The notes below the pieces were generated by a model. The model did not search any database, had not been told where the DNA came from, and was given only the letters and a program-made list of their open reading frames with translations. This document shows, in pieces, positions 53,064-64,000 of a stretch of 64,000 bases of DNA (positions within the stretch are counted from its first letter, which is position 1; every line of letters begins with the position of its first letter). Location of the stretch: contig CAXHJY010000640.1 in the NCBI GenBank assembly GCA_964016885.1, positions 62,001 through 126,000 of the forward strand. Reading direction: 5' to 3'. This DNA comes from Eledone cirrhosa (lineage: Eukaryota). A program made the position numbers and the translations under genes.

Positions 53064-54462
53064 TTCAGGCTATAACAGAGGAGTTCAAGACAGGCTGCCC
53101 ATGGAAACTCCTATACGCAGATGACCTAACACTCATAGCGGAATCAATGGCCGAGCTAGAGAAGAAATTCCAAACATGGAAGCACGGCCTAGAGTCAAAA
53201 GGACTTAAAATTAACCTGGCTAAGACCAAAGTTCTAGTTTGTAGGAAAGAAAACAAGGCGGCGATCCCTTCTGGGAAATGGTCGTGCTCGGTGTGTAGGA
53301 AAGGCGTAGGTAGAAACTCCATTTTATGTCCTAAATGCAAAGTATGGGTGCATAAAAGATGTAGTGGGATCACAGGTAAGCTAACTAAGAACATAGATTT
53401 TACATGTGGCCGGTGTTCTGGTGCAATAAGTAGCAGCAAGTGCCCACAAAATACTAGCTCTTTCAATTGCGCAAAGGGTTCTATAGAAATAGTGGACAGC
53501 TTCCGTTACCTGGGCGATAAAATCAGCAGTGGGGGAGGGTGCTCTGAAAGTACTGTAGCTAGAGTCAGAACTGGTTGGAAAAAGTTCAGAGAGCTTATAC
53601 CACTATTAGCTGCTAAAGGGTTCTCACTAAAAATGAAAGGCAGGTTGTACGATGCCTGCATACGAACAGCAATGCTGCATGGCAGTGAGACCTGGGCATT
53701 GTGTGCAGAGGATATACGCAGACTAGAGAGGAACGAAGCTTGCATGCTCCGCTGGATGTGTAACAGTAATATACGTGAACGGCAAAGCATAAACGAACTA
53801 AGGAAAAAATTAGAGATAAGAGGGATCAGATGTTGTTTACTCGAGAGAAGGCTACGTTGGTATGGACACGTGATGCGCATGAAAGTCGATAGCTGTATAA
53901 CAAAGTGCAGGGCAATAAAGATAGACGGTAGTCACGGAATAGGCAGACCTAGAAAAACCTGGGACGAGCTGATAAACTCCGACATCACACACTTACACCT
54001 CTCCAAGACAATGTCACTGGACCGAGACCTTTGGCGGTACTCAGTAACAGAGAAGACCCGCCTTACCTAAATATATAGTAAAACCTACTCCAGCCAGTAG
54101 GCATCTCTAACAAAATACACCCCGTCCCACCACCACCACCCCATCCACACCACCCCGTTCTATGTAAAGTTATGTTGGTGCCGCGCCATCCAGGCCGAAA
54201 CAAATGAGATCGTGTAGGTGTCACGACAAAAAAACACACAGTCCACGCTGTAATGTGGCCGTGTAGGCAACACGGTAAAAACCTCCCAGACCCACACTGT
54301 AAATGTGGTTGGTGTTAGGAAGGGCATCCAACTGTAGAAAACCTGCCAGACAGTCCTATGCGAGCAAGACAATCACTCTTGCCTCAAGTGGGACTACCCC
54401 CGTCCAAACCCATGCAAGCGTGGAACACGGACGTTAAACGTTGATGATGATGATGATGATGA
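53064..54462 (+). mobile_element. 5'-truncated RTE family A copy with intact PHD finger and 3' end
   Basis: LLYADD through the stop at 54070 is open; C4HC3 at 53285-53416; (GAT)n tail. Confidence 0.92.
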
Positions 54463-54583
54463 TAGTAATAATAGTAATAATAATAAATTTGAAGACTAAA
54501 ATCCAAAGAGGGCTCGATAAGGATAAACATATATCAAATATATAAGAACCGTAGAGCAAATATTTATTAAAATAACAGATTAA

Positions 54584-54634
54584 AGTTTAAGCAAAGAATC
54601 GCTGCTTTCACCCTTAACGGGATCTTCTGAAACT
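54584..54634 (-). ncRNA. Variant-core hammerhead-like motif
   Basis: AGUUU-CAGAAGA-U-CCC(GUUAA)GGG-U-GAA-AGCAG(CGAUUCU)UUGCU-U^-AAACU. Confidence 0.6.
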
Positions 54635-55567
54635 AACAAAGTCAATCTGTAAACGCAGAAGTGGATATTTCAAAAAACGTTGCAACCGGAGGAAGACAGG
54701 AAGACAATACTTTGGTTCGTGGAAACGTTCGCTGGCAAAGAACGGGAAAAAACGAATATAATACGTCATTAATAGGAGCGGTGAAAAACAATTACGCGCA
54801 AAGACAGAACCACGTTTATGGTATAAAAGAGGTCGTAGACTAATGTTCTCTTAGGTGGTTCATAGAGACGTTCTCTGGCAATGAACAAAAAAATCGAAGA
54901 TAATACATCATATGTGGAGCGTGGAGAATAATAGCACGCAAAGACAAAACCACGTAAATGGTATAGCAGAAGTCGTAGACTAAAATTCTAACTAGGAGAC
55001 CGAATGAATCTCCGCTACAGAGTTAAGAACAAAGTAAATAAATACAATACAGAAGTAATAGAAATAAATAAATACATACACGCAAACAAATACGTACATA
55101 CACAAGCATACGCAAAACACTTACCATAGGTATACAAAACCACGCACATATAAATATGTGTGTGTATGTGTGTATACAAATAAATAAATAATTATATAAA
55201 CGTATATAAATAAATAAATACGTATATAACAAGCGCACACACATACCTACATGTAAATACACGAATGTTCGGAGACGTAAGTCAACCAAAACATGAAGTA
55301 CACATATACACACACCCTACATATGTGCGAACCTGCATACTCACACAGACGCAAAACTCCCGTATACACATAGCCAAACCATATGTACCAGAATATATAA
55401 AATTATACGCCATAACATAAACAATCAAATATACATACGAGAAGGTATACGTACCTTCACAAAACATACGGGTAATATATACTTACCTATGCAAATAAGT
55501 AATGGTATAAACAAAACATATACTAAGCTCTCACATCAAGACGTAAAATATCCACGTATAGATCGTT

Positions 55568-56525
55568 CTATCCGTTAGGGTATAACGTGGGGCTGTAATA
55601 CAAGAAAGTTTTGTGCAATTTATGTTTACAAGCCGAAATTGCCTCAGATTTTTTGTTTAAGATGTGGTCTGTGGCGTAGAGTATTTCCAGGGCCTCAGCG
55701 GCGCAGAGGTCACATGGTCTTTTATTTCCGTTATACGATCTAGCCCTAGCTAGGATCTCCCAGTGCAACTTATATTGGGTGTGGTTGTCTTTTAGACTCC
55801 AGATATAAGCTGAAAGTGACGTCATATTCCTTCTTAGAGGGTAACGAAAAGAATGGGTATGCATGTAAAGACGCTGCTTGAATCTATTGGCGGTTAACCC
55901 TATGTAGGCCCTACGGGACGTGGGTGTTACAACCTTACATTTGTAGACAATGTTACTAGAGAGGCATTTCCCGGATAGGGGGCAATCAACCCGAGTCCTA
56001 CAATTACAGTTAGTACTAACTACAGGGTTGCACGTCTTCCTACGGCTAGGTAGTTTAGCTAAATTTGAAGCTGTGATGTTATGTGCAAGGTTAGGAGTCG
56101 TAGAGTAAGACATTTTAATAGTATTTCTATTAAAAATTTTACTATGTTTATGTGTAGGGGGAAAATACTTCGTAATAAGGGAAAGAAAGATCTTAGCTAA
56201 TGGTGTGGCCACCTCCATATTATATGGTGGGTTATACCAACAAATGCGACGGGATCTATTTCTTCTAGGTCTATTTTCGTACTCTGTATATGCTACCTTA
56301 TCGACAAATCCACTTCGAGCAAGAGCTTCATTGTAATAAGTGGAATGGTCGTTGAAAATACGCTCGTTGGTGGAAAGACGGGAAAGCCTCAACGAAACGT
56401 TTCTTACCAGGTTCTTGGTTATGCTGGCAGGATGGTTGGAAAGCTTACTTATGTAATTAAGCGTATCATTCGGCTTTCTATACGGGTAATACAACCCATT
56501 CAATAAATTGAGGGTAACGTCGAGG
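55568..56525 (-). CDS. PLE RT C-terminus + GIY-YIG endonuclease (partial, uninterrupted)
   Basis: YLDVTL..YRKP..YI...SNHP; WYNPPY; CNCR..CPLSGKCL..NIVY..YIGLT..FKQR..H; CDLC..E; LNKKSE..CKH. Confidence 0.9.
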
Positions 56526-56662
56526 TAATGACGTATTATATTCGTTTTTTCCCGTTCTTTGCCAGTGAACGTTTCAACGAACCAAAGTATCATCTTCCTG
56601 TCTTCCTCCGGTTGCAACGTTTTTTGAAATATCCACTTCTGCGTTTACAGATTGACTTTGTT

Positions 56663-56713
56663 AGTTTCAGAAGATCCTGTTAAGGGTGAAAGCAACGATT
56701 CTTTGCTTAAACT
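56663..56713 (+). ncRNA. Variant-core hammerhead-like motif (inverted copy)
   Basis: Same fold; its two differences from the other copy both retain pairing. Confidence 0.6.
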
Positions 56714-56729
56714 TTAATCTGTTATTTTA

Positions 56730-56795
<66 letters not shown>

Positions 56796-56797
<2 letters not shown>

Positions 56798-56843
56798 CCC
56801 ATGCTAGCATGGAAGATAGACGTTAAACGATGATGATGATGAT
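56796..56843 (+). mobile_element. Minimal RTE 3' terminus in (TA)n
   Basis: aacccatgctagcatggaagatagacgttaaac(gat)n. Confidence 0.75.
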
Positions 56844-57433
56844 ATATATATATATATATATATATACATTTGTGTAATGAAGAGGAATTACAAAAAGAGA
56901 TAAAGAGAGATGGACAGATAGACTGAATAAAAATCTCAAAAGAAAACATGCAGAAGAGCTTAAGAATTTTTTTGTAACTCTTTAAAATCTTGTTTTAAAT
57001 ATTTGTTTGTAAAATATGATTATGTATCCATTTGGAAGAAGTAAATATATATACTACTTAATTTGGAATGGTTTTAACATTGTAAAGGTTAAGGATCTTT
57101 GCTTTAGACTATAAACTGGAAGTCACTGAAAGTATGTGTCAATACTATTGAGATATTTCAACAGGTTTCTTCATTGCTCAAAGTCAGATAGACGTAATTT
57201 AATTAATGCCAGCCAGATTTATTCCTTATTGATGTGGCTGTATGGATATGTATGGATGTGGGTGTATGTGTGTCTACAAGCACTGTATGAAATATTTTAA
57301 CTGAAACATTGACTTTAGATCAACATTATTGATTGAATCTGTTCATACAGATAATTTTCTAAATGTAAAAGAATATGGATATATGAGTTTTTCCTCTTCT
57401 TTTTAGTGGTTCTAGAATAGCTTTCCTTGTGTA

Positions 57434-57477
<44 letters not shown>

Positions 57478-57644
57478 TATATATATGTATATGAGGTTAT
57501 AGTGTAATAGTTCAATATTTTCATTGATAAGCTGATTTCAGCTCAATGCACTTTTTTACCCTTTGTTCTTCAGGAATTAACATAACTGGATGAATTAAGA
57601 GCAGTTAGAGTAGCAGAGCATTTACAATTCAAAATTCAATACAA

Positions 57645-57748
57645 CCAAGGTTAACTTTGCCTTTCATCCTTACAGGGTCGATAAAATAAAGTACCAGTAA
57701 TGCACTGGGATAATTGCTGGCCTTGTGCCAAAAGTAGAAACAATTATT
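57645..57748 (+). mobile_element. 5'-truncated SINE in left IR arm
   Basis: Family match; absent from the right arm. Confidence 0.85.
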
Positions 57749-57945
57749 TATTCATACATCTACGGTCGTTTCAATGCAGCTAGAGTATCTCATCAATTGT
57801 GGAGAAAAAACCAGATATTATCAGTAAAATTACTCCATTATAGGAGCTCTACTCAAAACTGTATCTCGTCAGGAAACAATAAAAAAAAAATAATAAATTG
57901 ATTAATATAATAAGACAAATTATCAACAATAATACAGGATTCAAA

Positions 57946-58124
57946 ATAATTGTTTCTACTTTAGGCACAAGGCCAGCAATTAACCAGTACATTACTGGTA
58001 CTTTATTTTATCGACCCCGTAAGGATGAAAGGCAAAGTTAACCTCGGCGGGATTTGAACTCAGACTGTAAAGGGACGTAACTATGCTAGAAAGCATGGCG
58101 TCCAACCCTCCACCGATACTGCCA
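57946..58124 (-). mobile_element. SINE in left IR arm
   Basis: Family match; absent from the right arm. Confidence 0.9.
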
Positions 58125-58375
58125 AAATAATGATTCAAAATAAGGATTCAAAATAATGTGCATTCAAAAGGGTGGAATTTATAAATGTAATAGCATAAGC
58201 TTGGGCATATTTTTAGACATGCAAAAGATAAAAGATTATCAGTGTCTTTCCACAAGTATGTTAAAAATACGTTAAAATTGTTAACTGGTTACAGCAGGAG
58301 TTGTTAAAAAGGATGTTTTTATGAAATAAGATTGCAGTGCTTAGCATTTTTAAAACTTTTTGTAAAAAGATTTGA

Positions 58376-59120
58376 AAATTGGCGGCAGGACTGTTAGGAA
58401 CTTGTGTTTTGCCACAACATAGATGGTCTAACAGCGAAGGAAGAGGAGCTAGCCAACCTAGTGGAATACTTCTACCGCCTATGGTATGCAGATCAGTGCA
58501 GAGAAGACCAAAATGATGACCAACAACACCAATGGCATCAGTACTGACATCAGGGTCAATGGTGAGAAACTAGAGTGCGTCAACAGTTACAAATACAATA
58601 CTTGGGGGAAATCATTTCAGATGAAGGATCTAAACCTGAAATGCTTGCCAGATCTGCCCAGACCACAGCAGCACTTACAAAACTTAAGACCATATAGAAA
58701 GATAAAAACATAGCTCTCAGCTCAAAGATCAGACTGATGTGCTCTCTGGTCATATCCATATACTTGTATGCCTGTGAGCCTTGGACAATAACAGCAGATG
58801 TGGAAATAAGGATACAGACTATGGAGATGAGATGCCTCAGAAAGCTCCTTTGTGAAGGTGCGAAACAGAATTTGGCAAGCCATCGAGCCCTAAGAAGACC
58901 TACTGACCATCGTAAAAAAATGTAAATTGAGGTGGTACAGGCACATGTGACAAGTTCTTCAGAGATTGTCAAGACGGTCCTGCAGGGAACAATACAATGA
59001 GGGAGGAAGAGAGGCAGACAAAAAAAGAGATGGGAGGATAACATCCTGGAATGGAAGGAGCTGATTGCCAGATCATCTGTGGCGCCACAACAGTCCACAA
59101 GTCTACAGGACAGATGATGA
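58376..59120 (+). mobile_element. RTE (BovB-like family D) 3' fragment
   Basis: GMQISAEKTKMM, LECVNSYKY, LYACEPWT and EMRCLRKLL motifs. Confidence 0.85.
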
Positions 59121-59860
59121 GATAAGATATGTAATTAAACTTATATTTATATTAATGCATCTATAGATGAAATCAGAAAACAAACTTTAGACAAAACTAT
59201 AATGTTTCTTAGTATATCATTGGGGAGTATTTGGAACTTTTCTTTTATAAGTATATACAAAACACCACATTTATATATGTAATATAAAGGATGTCTATAT
59301 AAAGAAAGAATATACATTAAAAAAATATACAATCTTACTTTACAATTGCATGAGATCTTTAACCAGCAAAATATCTTCTAAACATTTTCAAATTAGTCTC
59401 CGATAAAGTTTTTAAAATGCTAAGCACTGCAATTTTATTTCATAAAAACATCCTTTTTAGCAACTCCTGCTGTAACCAGTTAACAGTTTTAACATATTTT
59501 TAACATACTTGTGGAAAGACACTGATAGTTTTTTTATTTTTTGCATGTCTAAAAATATGCCCAAGTTTATGCTATTACATTTATAAATTCCACCCTTTTG
59601 AATGCACATTACTTTGAATCCTGTATTATTGTTGATAATTTATGTTATGATATTGATCAATTTACTGTTATTTTTAAAATTATTTTTTGAAGAGAGACTG
59701 CTTTGAGTAGAGCTCCTATAATGGAGTAATTTTACTGATAATATGTTTTTTTTCTCCACAATTGATGAGATTCTCTAGCCATATTGAAACACCCACAGTA
59801 ATGTATAAATAAATAATAGTAATCCTTGGTCTTATTGAATTTTGAATTATATATATATAT

Positions 59861-60714
59861 ATAATACAAGGATGATTTGTTAAGCCTTCATGATGTTTAT
59901 TGATTGGTGACGCGCGTTTCACTATTGATCAGCTCAAGGTTCGATCTGTATTGATCTGGCCCGACTATGGAATCAAAAACTCATCAGATCTCTGCTGTTG
60001 TAATGACAGAATGAACATATAAAGCATAGAAATGACTGTGACGTTTCCTGTTCATATGGGGTCAATTTATGTTGTTTTCATTGGTGGTTTAGCTATGAGG
60101 AATGTTTTGGCATGTGTGATAGGTGGGGGAATGAGCATAGTGACGAGGTGGTGGTGGGGAGTGATGGTTGATGTGAGTTGCAGAGTGTGGTGTTTTGGCT
60201 TGTCATAGATATTTCGGTATGTATGTGGTGAGGTGGTGTGGATGTGGTAGGGCTATGCATGATGGGACATGAAAGAGTGCGGTGTTGTACTAAGGGTAGG
60301 GGGGTTTCCACTAGTCATCAGTTTGTCACAGAAGAGCGAGTGAAAAGAAATGAGGGGAGACGTAAGGGAGGTAGGTTATACTAGGTTGGGGTGGGGATTA
60401 TTTGTAAGCTTTTTAGACATCGTTAAAGGGGAATTGCATTTCTATGCTTTATATGTTCATTCTGTCATTCCAACAGCAGAGGTCCAACGAGCTTTTGATT
60501 CCAGAGTCTGGCCAGATCGATACAGATCAAACCTTGAGCTGTTCAAAAGAGAAACACGCGTCACCGATCAATAAATGTAATGAAGCTTTAACAAATCGTC
60601 CTTGTATTATTATATTTACACTCTGTTTAGCTCTAGACCTCGCTACTGACGTGAAACTAAACATCGAGTGCTCACCTGGGTGAATCTACAGTAGCCTCAT
60701 GTTACACTCCCTGG
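59861..60714 (+). mobile_element. ORF-less PLE-like remnant with 174-bp inverted arms in (TA)n
   Basis: Arms 59861-60034 and 60437-60610 each contain a decayed hammerhead. One arm is extended to 60714; (TA)n on both sides. Confidence 0.6.
59906..59990 (-). ncRNA. Hammerhead-like motif with long stem II (degenerate)
   Basis: GAU-CUGAUGA-GUUUUUGAU..42 nt..AUCAAUAGU-GAAAC-GCGC-GUC^ACC. Confidence 0.55.
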
Positions 60715-60819
60715 ATATATATATATATATATAAAGAGAGAGAAATTATCATCATCAATAACATAATTTTGTTTTGTGTCTGCTTATAAATATATATACA
60801 TTTGTATATATATATATAT

Positions 60820-61065
60820 ATCATTATCATCATCATCATCGATTAACGTCTATCTTTCATGCTGGCATAGGTTAGATGGGTCTGTGCCATTTAGGGGCAA
60901 GTTGGATCAGGTGACTGTGTCTCGCTCATATAGGAGAGTTTCTGGCTGGTTTTCTACAGCTGAATGCCTTTCCTAACGATAACCACATTGACAGTGTGTG
61001 CTGGGTGCTTTTTGCTGTCTTTTACATGTCCACTTTACAGTGTGAGCTGGATGTTTTGTGCTACA
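60820..61065 (-). mobile_element. RTE family A 3' UTR fragment
   Basis: Reverse complement of 22500-22758-like sequence; another piece at 61270-61412. Confidence 0.7.
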
Positions 61066-62454
61066 AGTATAATATACATATATATACATATATATATATG
61101 CACATATGATAATGATATACACATATATATATATATATATATATATTTGTGTGCATATATATATACCATATATGTAACAATACATACACATATCATACAT
61201 ATACATACACACTTCATATATAGACACACATAACTATATTATCAACCTCATTGATTAGCATCCATCATTCATAGGTAGGATGTTTAGCTCACCCAGGGCA
61301 GATTTTGGCTAGGTTTCTACAGCTGGATGCCCTTCTTACCACCAACCACATTTACAGTGTGTGCTGGGCACTTTTTGTCGTGACACCTACATGACCACTT
61401 TATAGTGTGGACTATATATATACGTATGTATATACATATTTGCAATGAAATCTCTTTTTCATATTTATTTTCATTGATTTAACAGAGTTTTCCTTTTGTT
61501 TTATACTCTTCCTTTATTTCTCTAGAAATATATTGGATTAAGTGACCTGCATTCCTCTCTATATATTGATTGACATAGTCATTTAGTGTCTGAAAGTAAT
61601 CATTGAAAGAGTGCTCACTTTATTTGCTTTAAGGTATTATTTTCTCTTTTCTTTATTGTTAACATGTAATTTATTTTATATTACTATCTGTAAATGAATG
61701 CTGTTCAGGAAATAGGAAATTTTAGATTTGATCCCCCACATTTTCATTTCCAATTGTGTGGATACATGTAAACACATTTGATATAAGACAACTATGAGTT
61801 CCCTCACAGTTTGCTATTTAAATTTACAGGTTTGTTGGTAGTTGTTGTTCATGGCATGTTCTCTCTTTAAACAATTCTTTGCAGAGTAGATGTGGTTTTT
61901 AAGTGTATTTTGTTAAGATCATGGAAGTTTTTTCAGGTAAATTCAATAATTTTTACTGAGTAAATATTCACATAGCAAAATATGTCAACATTTATAATTA
62001 AATGTAAACTTAAGGTTAACTATGGTTGTGTACTGAGACACAAGTCTTCTCTAATGCTTCTTTTGATGAATTACAGCAACAAGCATTTTAAAACCATTTC
62101 CCACACCACAGCACAGGTTAACTTTGCGAGTTCCATGACAGGCCTCATATAAATTGTGGGTGCTTTCTGAAACAATATTTTATAATTGGATGCCCTTCCT
62201 GGCACCAGCACCTTTAATTGCTTCTTATGACATACAGAGATACAATGTAACAATTCTAAATTGAGTAGAATATATTTTTGTGGCCGAATGGTCATGCAAT
62301 ATTATTAGGTTGATGTATATATAATATTGCATTCTTGCTCATCAAAAATGACAGTAATTCTTTCACATAGTTATAACTCCTTTCTCTCTTCCTTTATTGT
62401 TCCAAGCAGACATGAGTAAGTGTCTGTGAGAGATAATTTATTATTATTATAGAA

Positions 62455-62703
62455 AGAGTAGATTGGCAGAATCATTAGGACATCAGACAGAATGCTTTGT
62501 GGCATCTGGTTATAGTTCTGTGTTTAAATCCTGCTGAGATCTACTTTCACTTTCTCATCCCCTCAAATTGCTGGCCTTGTGCCTAAATTAGAAATCATTC
62601 CGAGGTTGACTTTGCCTTTCATCCTTACGGGGTCGATAAAATAAAGTACCAGTAATGCACTGGGTAATTGCTGGCCTTGTGCCTAAAGTAGAAACAATTA
62701 TTA
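62455..62703 (+). mobile_element. Old SINE plus truncated young SINE
   Basis: Family match. Confidence 0.75.
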
Positions 62704-63464
62704 TAGCTAGTTTTCCGTAAGTAGTTATGGTGTCACCTCATATTTTTATTTGAACCTGTGTGTATATGTGTATTGCTAGATGTTTTTTAATTGCTTATGG
62801 TCTACTGAGATTTTTGTCTTTTTATATCATCATTTTTATGCCTGCTTTCCCATCCTGGCATGGGTTGGATGGAACCTTTTAAGGCAATGCATTATGTTTA
62901 GATGCCCTTCCTGATGCCAAATCTTTTAATTGCTTGTTACATCATGAATGGATATGGTAACTAAAAGAGTTATAATTATGTGAAACAATCAGTCATTTTT
63001 GATGAGCAAGAATGCCATATTATATACACATCACTCTAATAATATTGTATGACCATTCAGCCACAAAAGACATTCTACCTAGTTTTGAGTTGGTATCTCT
63101 GCCGTACGAAGCAACTAAAGAGTTTGTTGAGAAATATCTCACACTGTAGAGTTCAAGCTCAGTGAGAGTAGCTCCACATTAGCATTGATGTAGCTTGTAT
63201 ACATGGACAGGGTAACCTTAGTGCATGTACGCTCCTCATTGAGAAGAATGCTGGTCAACAAAGGAGGTACCATTGCAACAAAAAATATCAAACCAAATGA
63301 ATAAAAAAGATTTTTTCGAAAAAGGCTGAACTACTGTAAGTTTTTATCTAAGATATCAAAATATATCAATCATAAAGTGCATATTGTAACAGCAGATTTT
63401 TTACCTGTTCTGAATTTTAGATACATAATGAACATTTCTATATATGTATGTCTGTCTGTATGTA

Positions 63465-64000
63465 TGTCAGGTCACTCTTCAGTGCTACTGGTAACTTGTA
63501 ACCCAGTACAACCTGTGCATGGTCGGGTCGTCGGTGATAAAACTGGCAACCCCACCAAGCTTGCTTGGTGAAGAAGGTGATGTTGGACACACTGCAGGAT
63601 GAAAAACAAATTCTGTCAAAGGGCAGAGGAACTCAGGAGAGTCAATGGCCATCCAATAAAGTTTTTTTTCTTTTTTTTTTTCTTGTGGAGTGAGAGACCC
63701 CTAATCTTCATTACGACAGCTCTCTAGGAGAAGGTCACTGATATAAAACTTGTGATTTCATTTGCATCCAATGATGTAGATCAGTTCTTTTTTTTTTGGT
63801 AAATGCATTCGATGTTCAGAGACTGGGATTGGCCCCATGCAAAGTCTTTCCTCACTTAATGAAGCTTCAAGCACAGGCATCGCTTGATATGTGACATTTT
63901 TTGTGATACATGGTATTGCTGGCTATAGGCAAGTCCCTAGCAGGACTAAAAAACCACATCCATGTTGCTCATGCTTAAGTATCAGGTGATGGCATTATTC
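63465..64000 (+). mobile_element. Probable LINE (RTE-type) 5' UTR remnant
   Basis: GC-richer segment with a tctaggagaaggtcactga..aaac motif resembling RTE 5' regions; no ORF. Confidence 0.35.

Larger units (their letters stand above)
54486..56737 (-). mobile_element. Second Penelope-like element (CxC..CPLxGxC linker, possibly Nematis-like), 5'-truncated with 212-bp inverted arm
   Basis: RT thumb + GIY-YIG ORF; arms 54560-54771 and 56526-56737 are inverted copies; flanked by (TAA)n and (TA)n. Confidence 0.9.
57623..59850. repeat. Long inverted repeat (~445-bp arms) enclosing an RTE fragment
   Basis: 57623-58360 (minus two SINE inserts) is the reverse complement of ~59405-59850. Confidence 0.85.

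Noticed and set aside
55568-56617. Naiad-type selenoprotein PLE
   Set aside because: The endonuclease is C-terminal (Naiads have an N-terminal EN), there is no in-frame TGA and I saw no SECIS.
56526-56617. N-terminal ~30 aa of the 349-aa ORF as real protein
   Set aside because: It is read through the inverted non-coding arm; the genuine RT sequence starts at YLDVTL.
57574-57649. Coding exon after polypyrimidine-cag
   Set aside because: Stops in all frames, and the apparent donor is SINE sequence.
63510-63575. HDV-like ribozyme in putative RTE 5' UTR
   Set aside because: I could not assemble the nested double pseudoknot by eye; it needs a descriptor search.

Overview
AT-rich animal genomic DNA, probably an octopod cephalopod, judged from SINE/RTE families resembling octopus repeats plus dense (TA)n/(GAT)n tracts; this was not confirmed by a search. 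I found no host protein-coding exon, only one candidate 80-bp non-coding exon, so the window looks intronic or intergenic. It is a mosaic of transposons: several RTE-clade LINE families (one with a PHD finger inside the RT), CR1-type, Tx1/L1-type and R4/Dong-type LINE fragments, about 20 copies of a tRNA-derived SINE, two non-autonomous Helitrons, TTAA- and TA-type MITEs and a 5S rRNA pseudogene. The most notable signal is three unrelated Penelope-like (PLE) insertions (the third has no ORF left), each beside microsatellites. Each has an inverted duplication of its 3' end carrying a different hammerhead-ribozyme-like fold: a minimal type, a variant core (CAGAAGA with U-U at the base of stem II), and one with a ~60-nt stem II region. 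All family and structure calls are by eye; ribozyme activity is untested.
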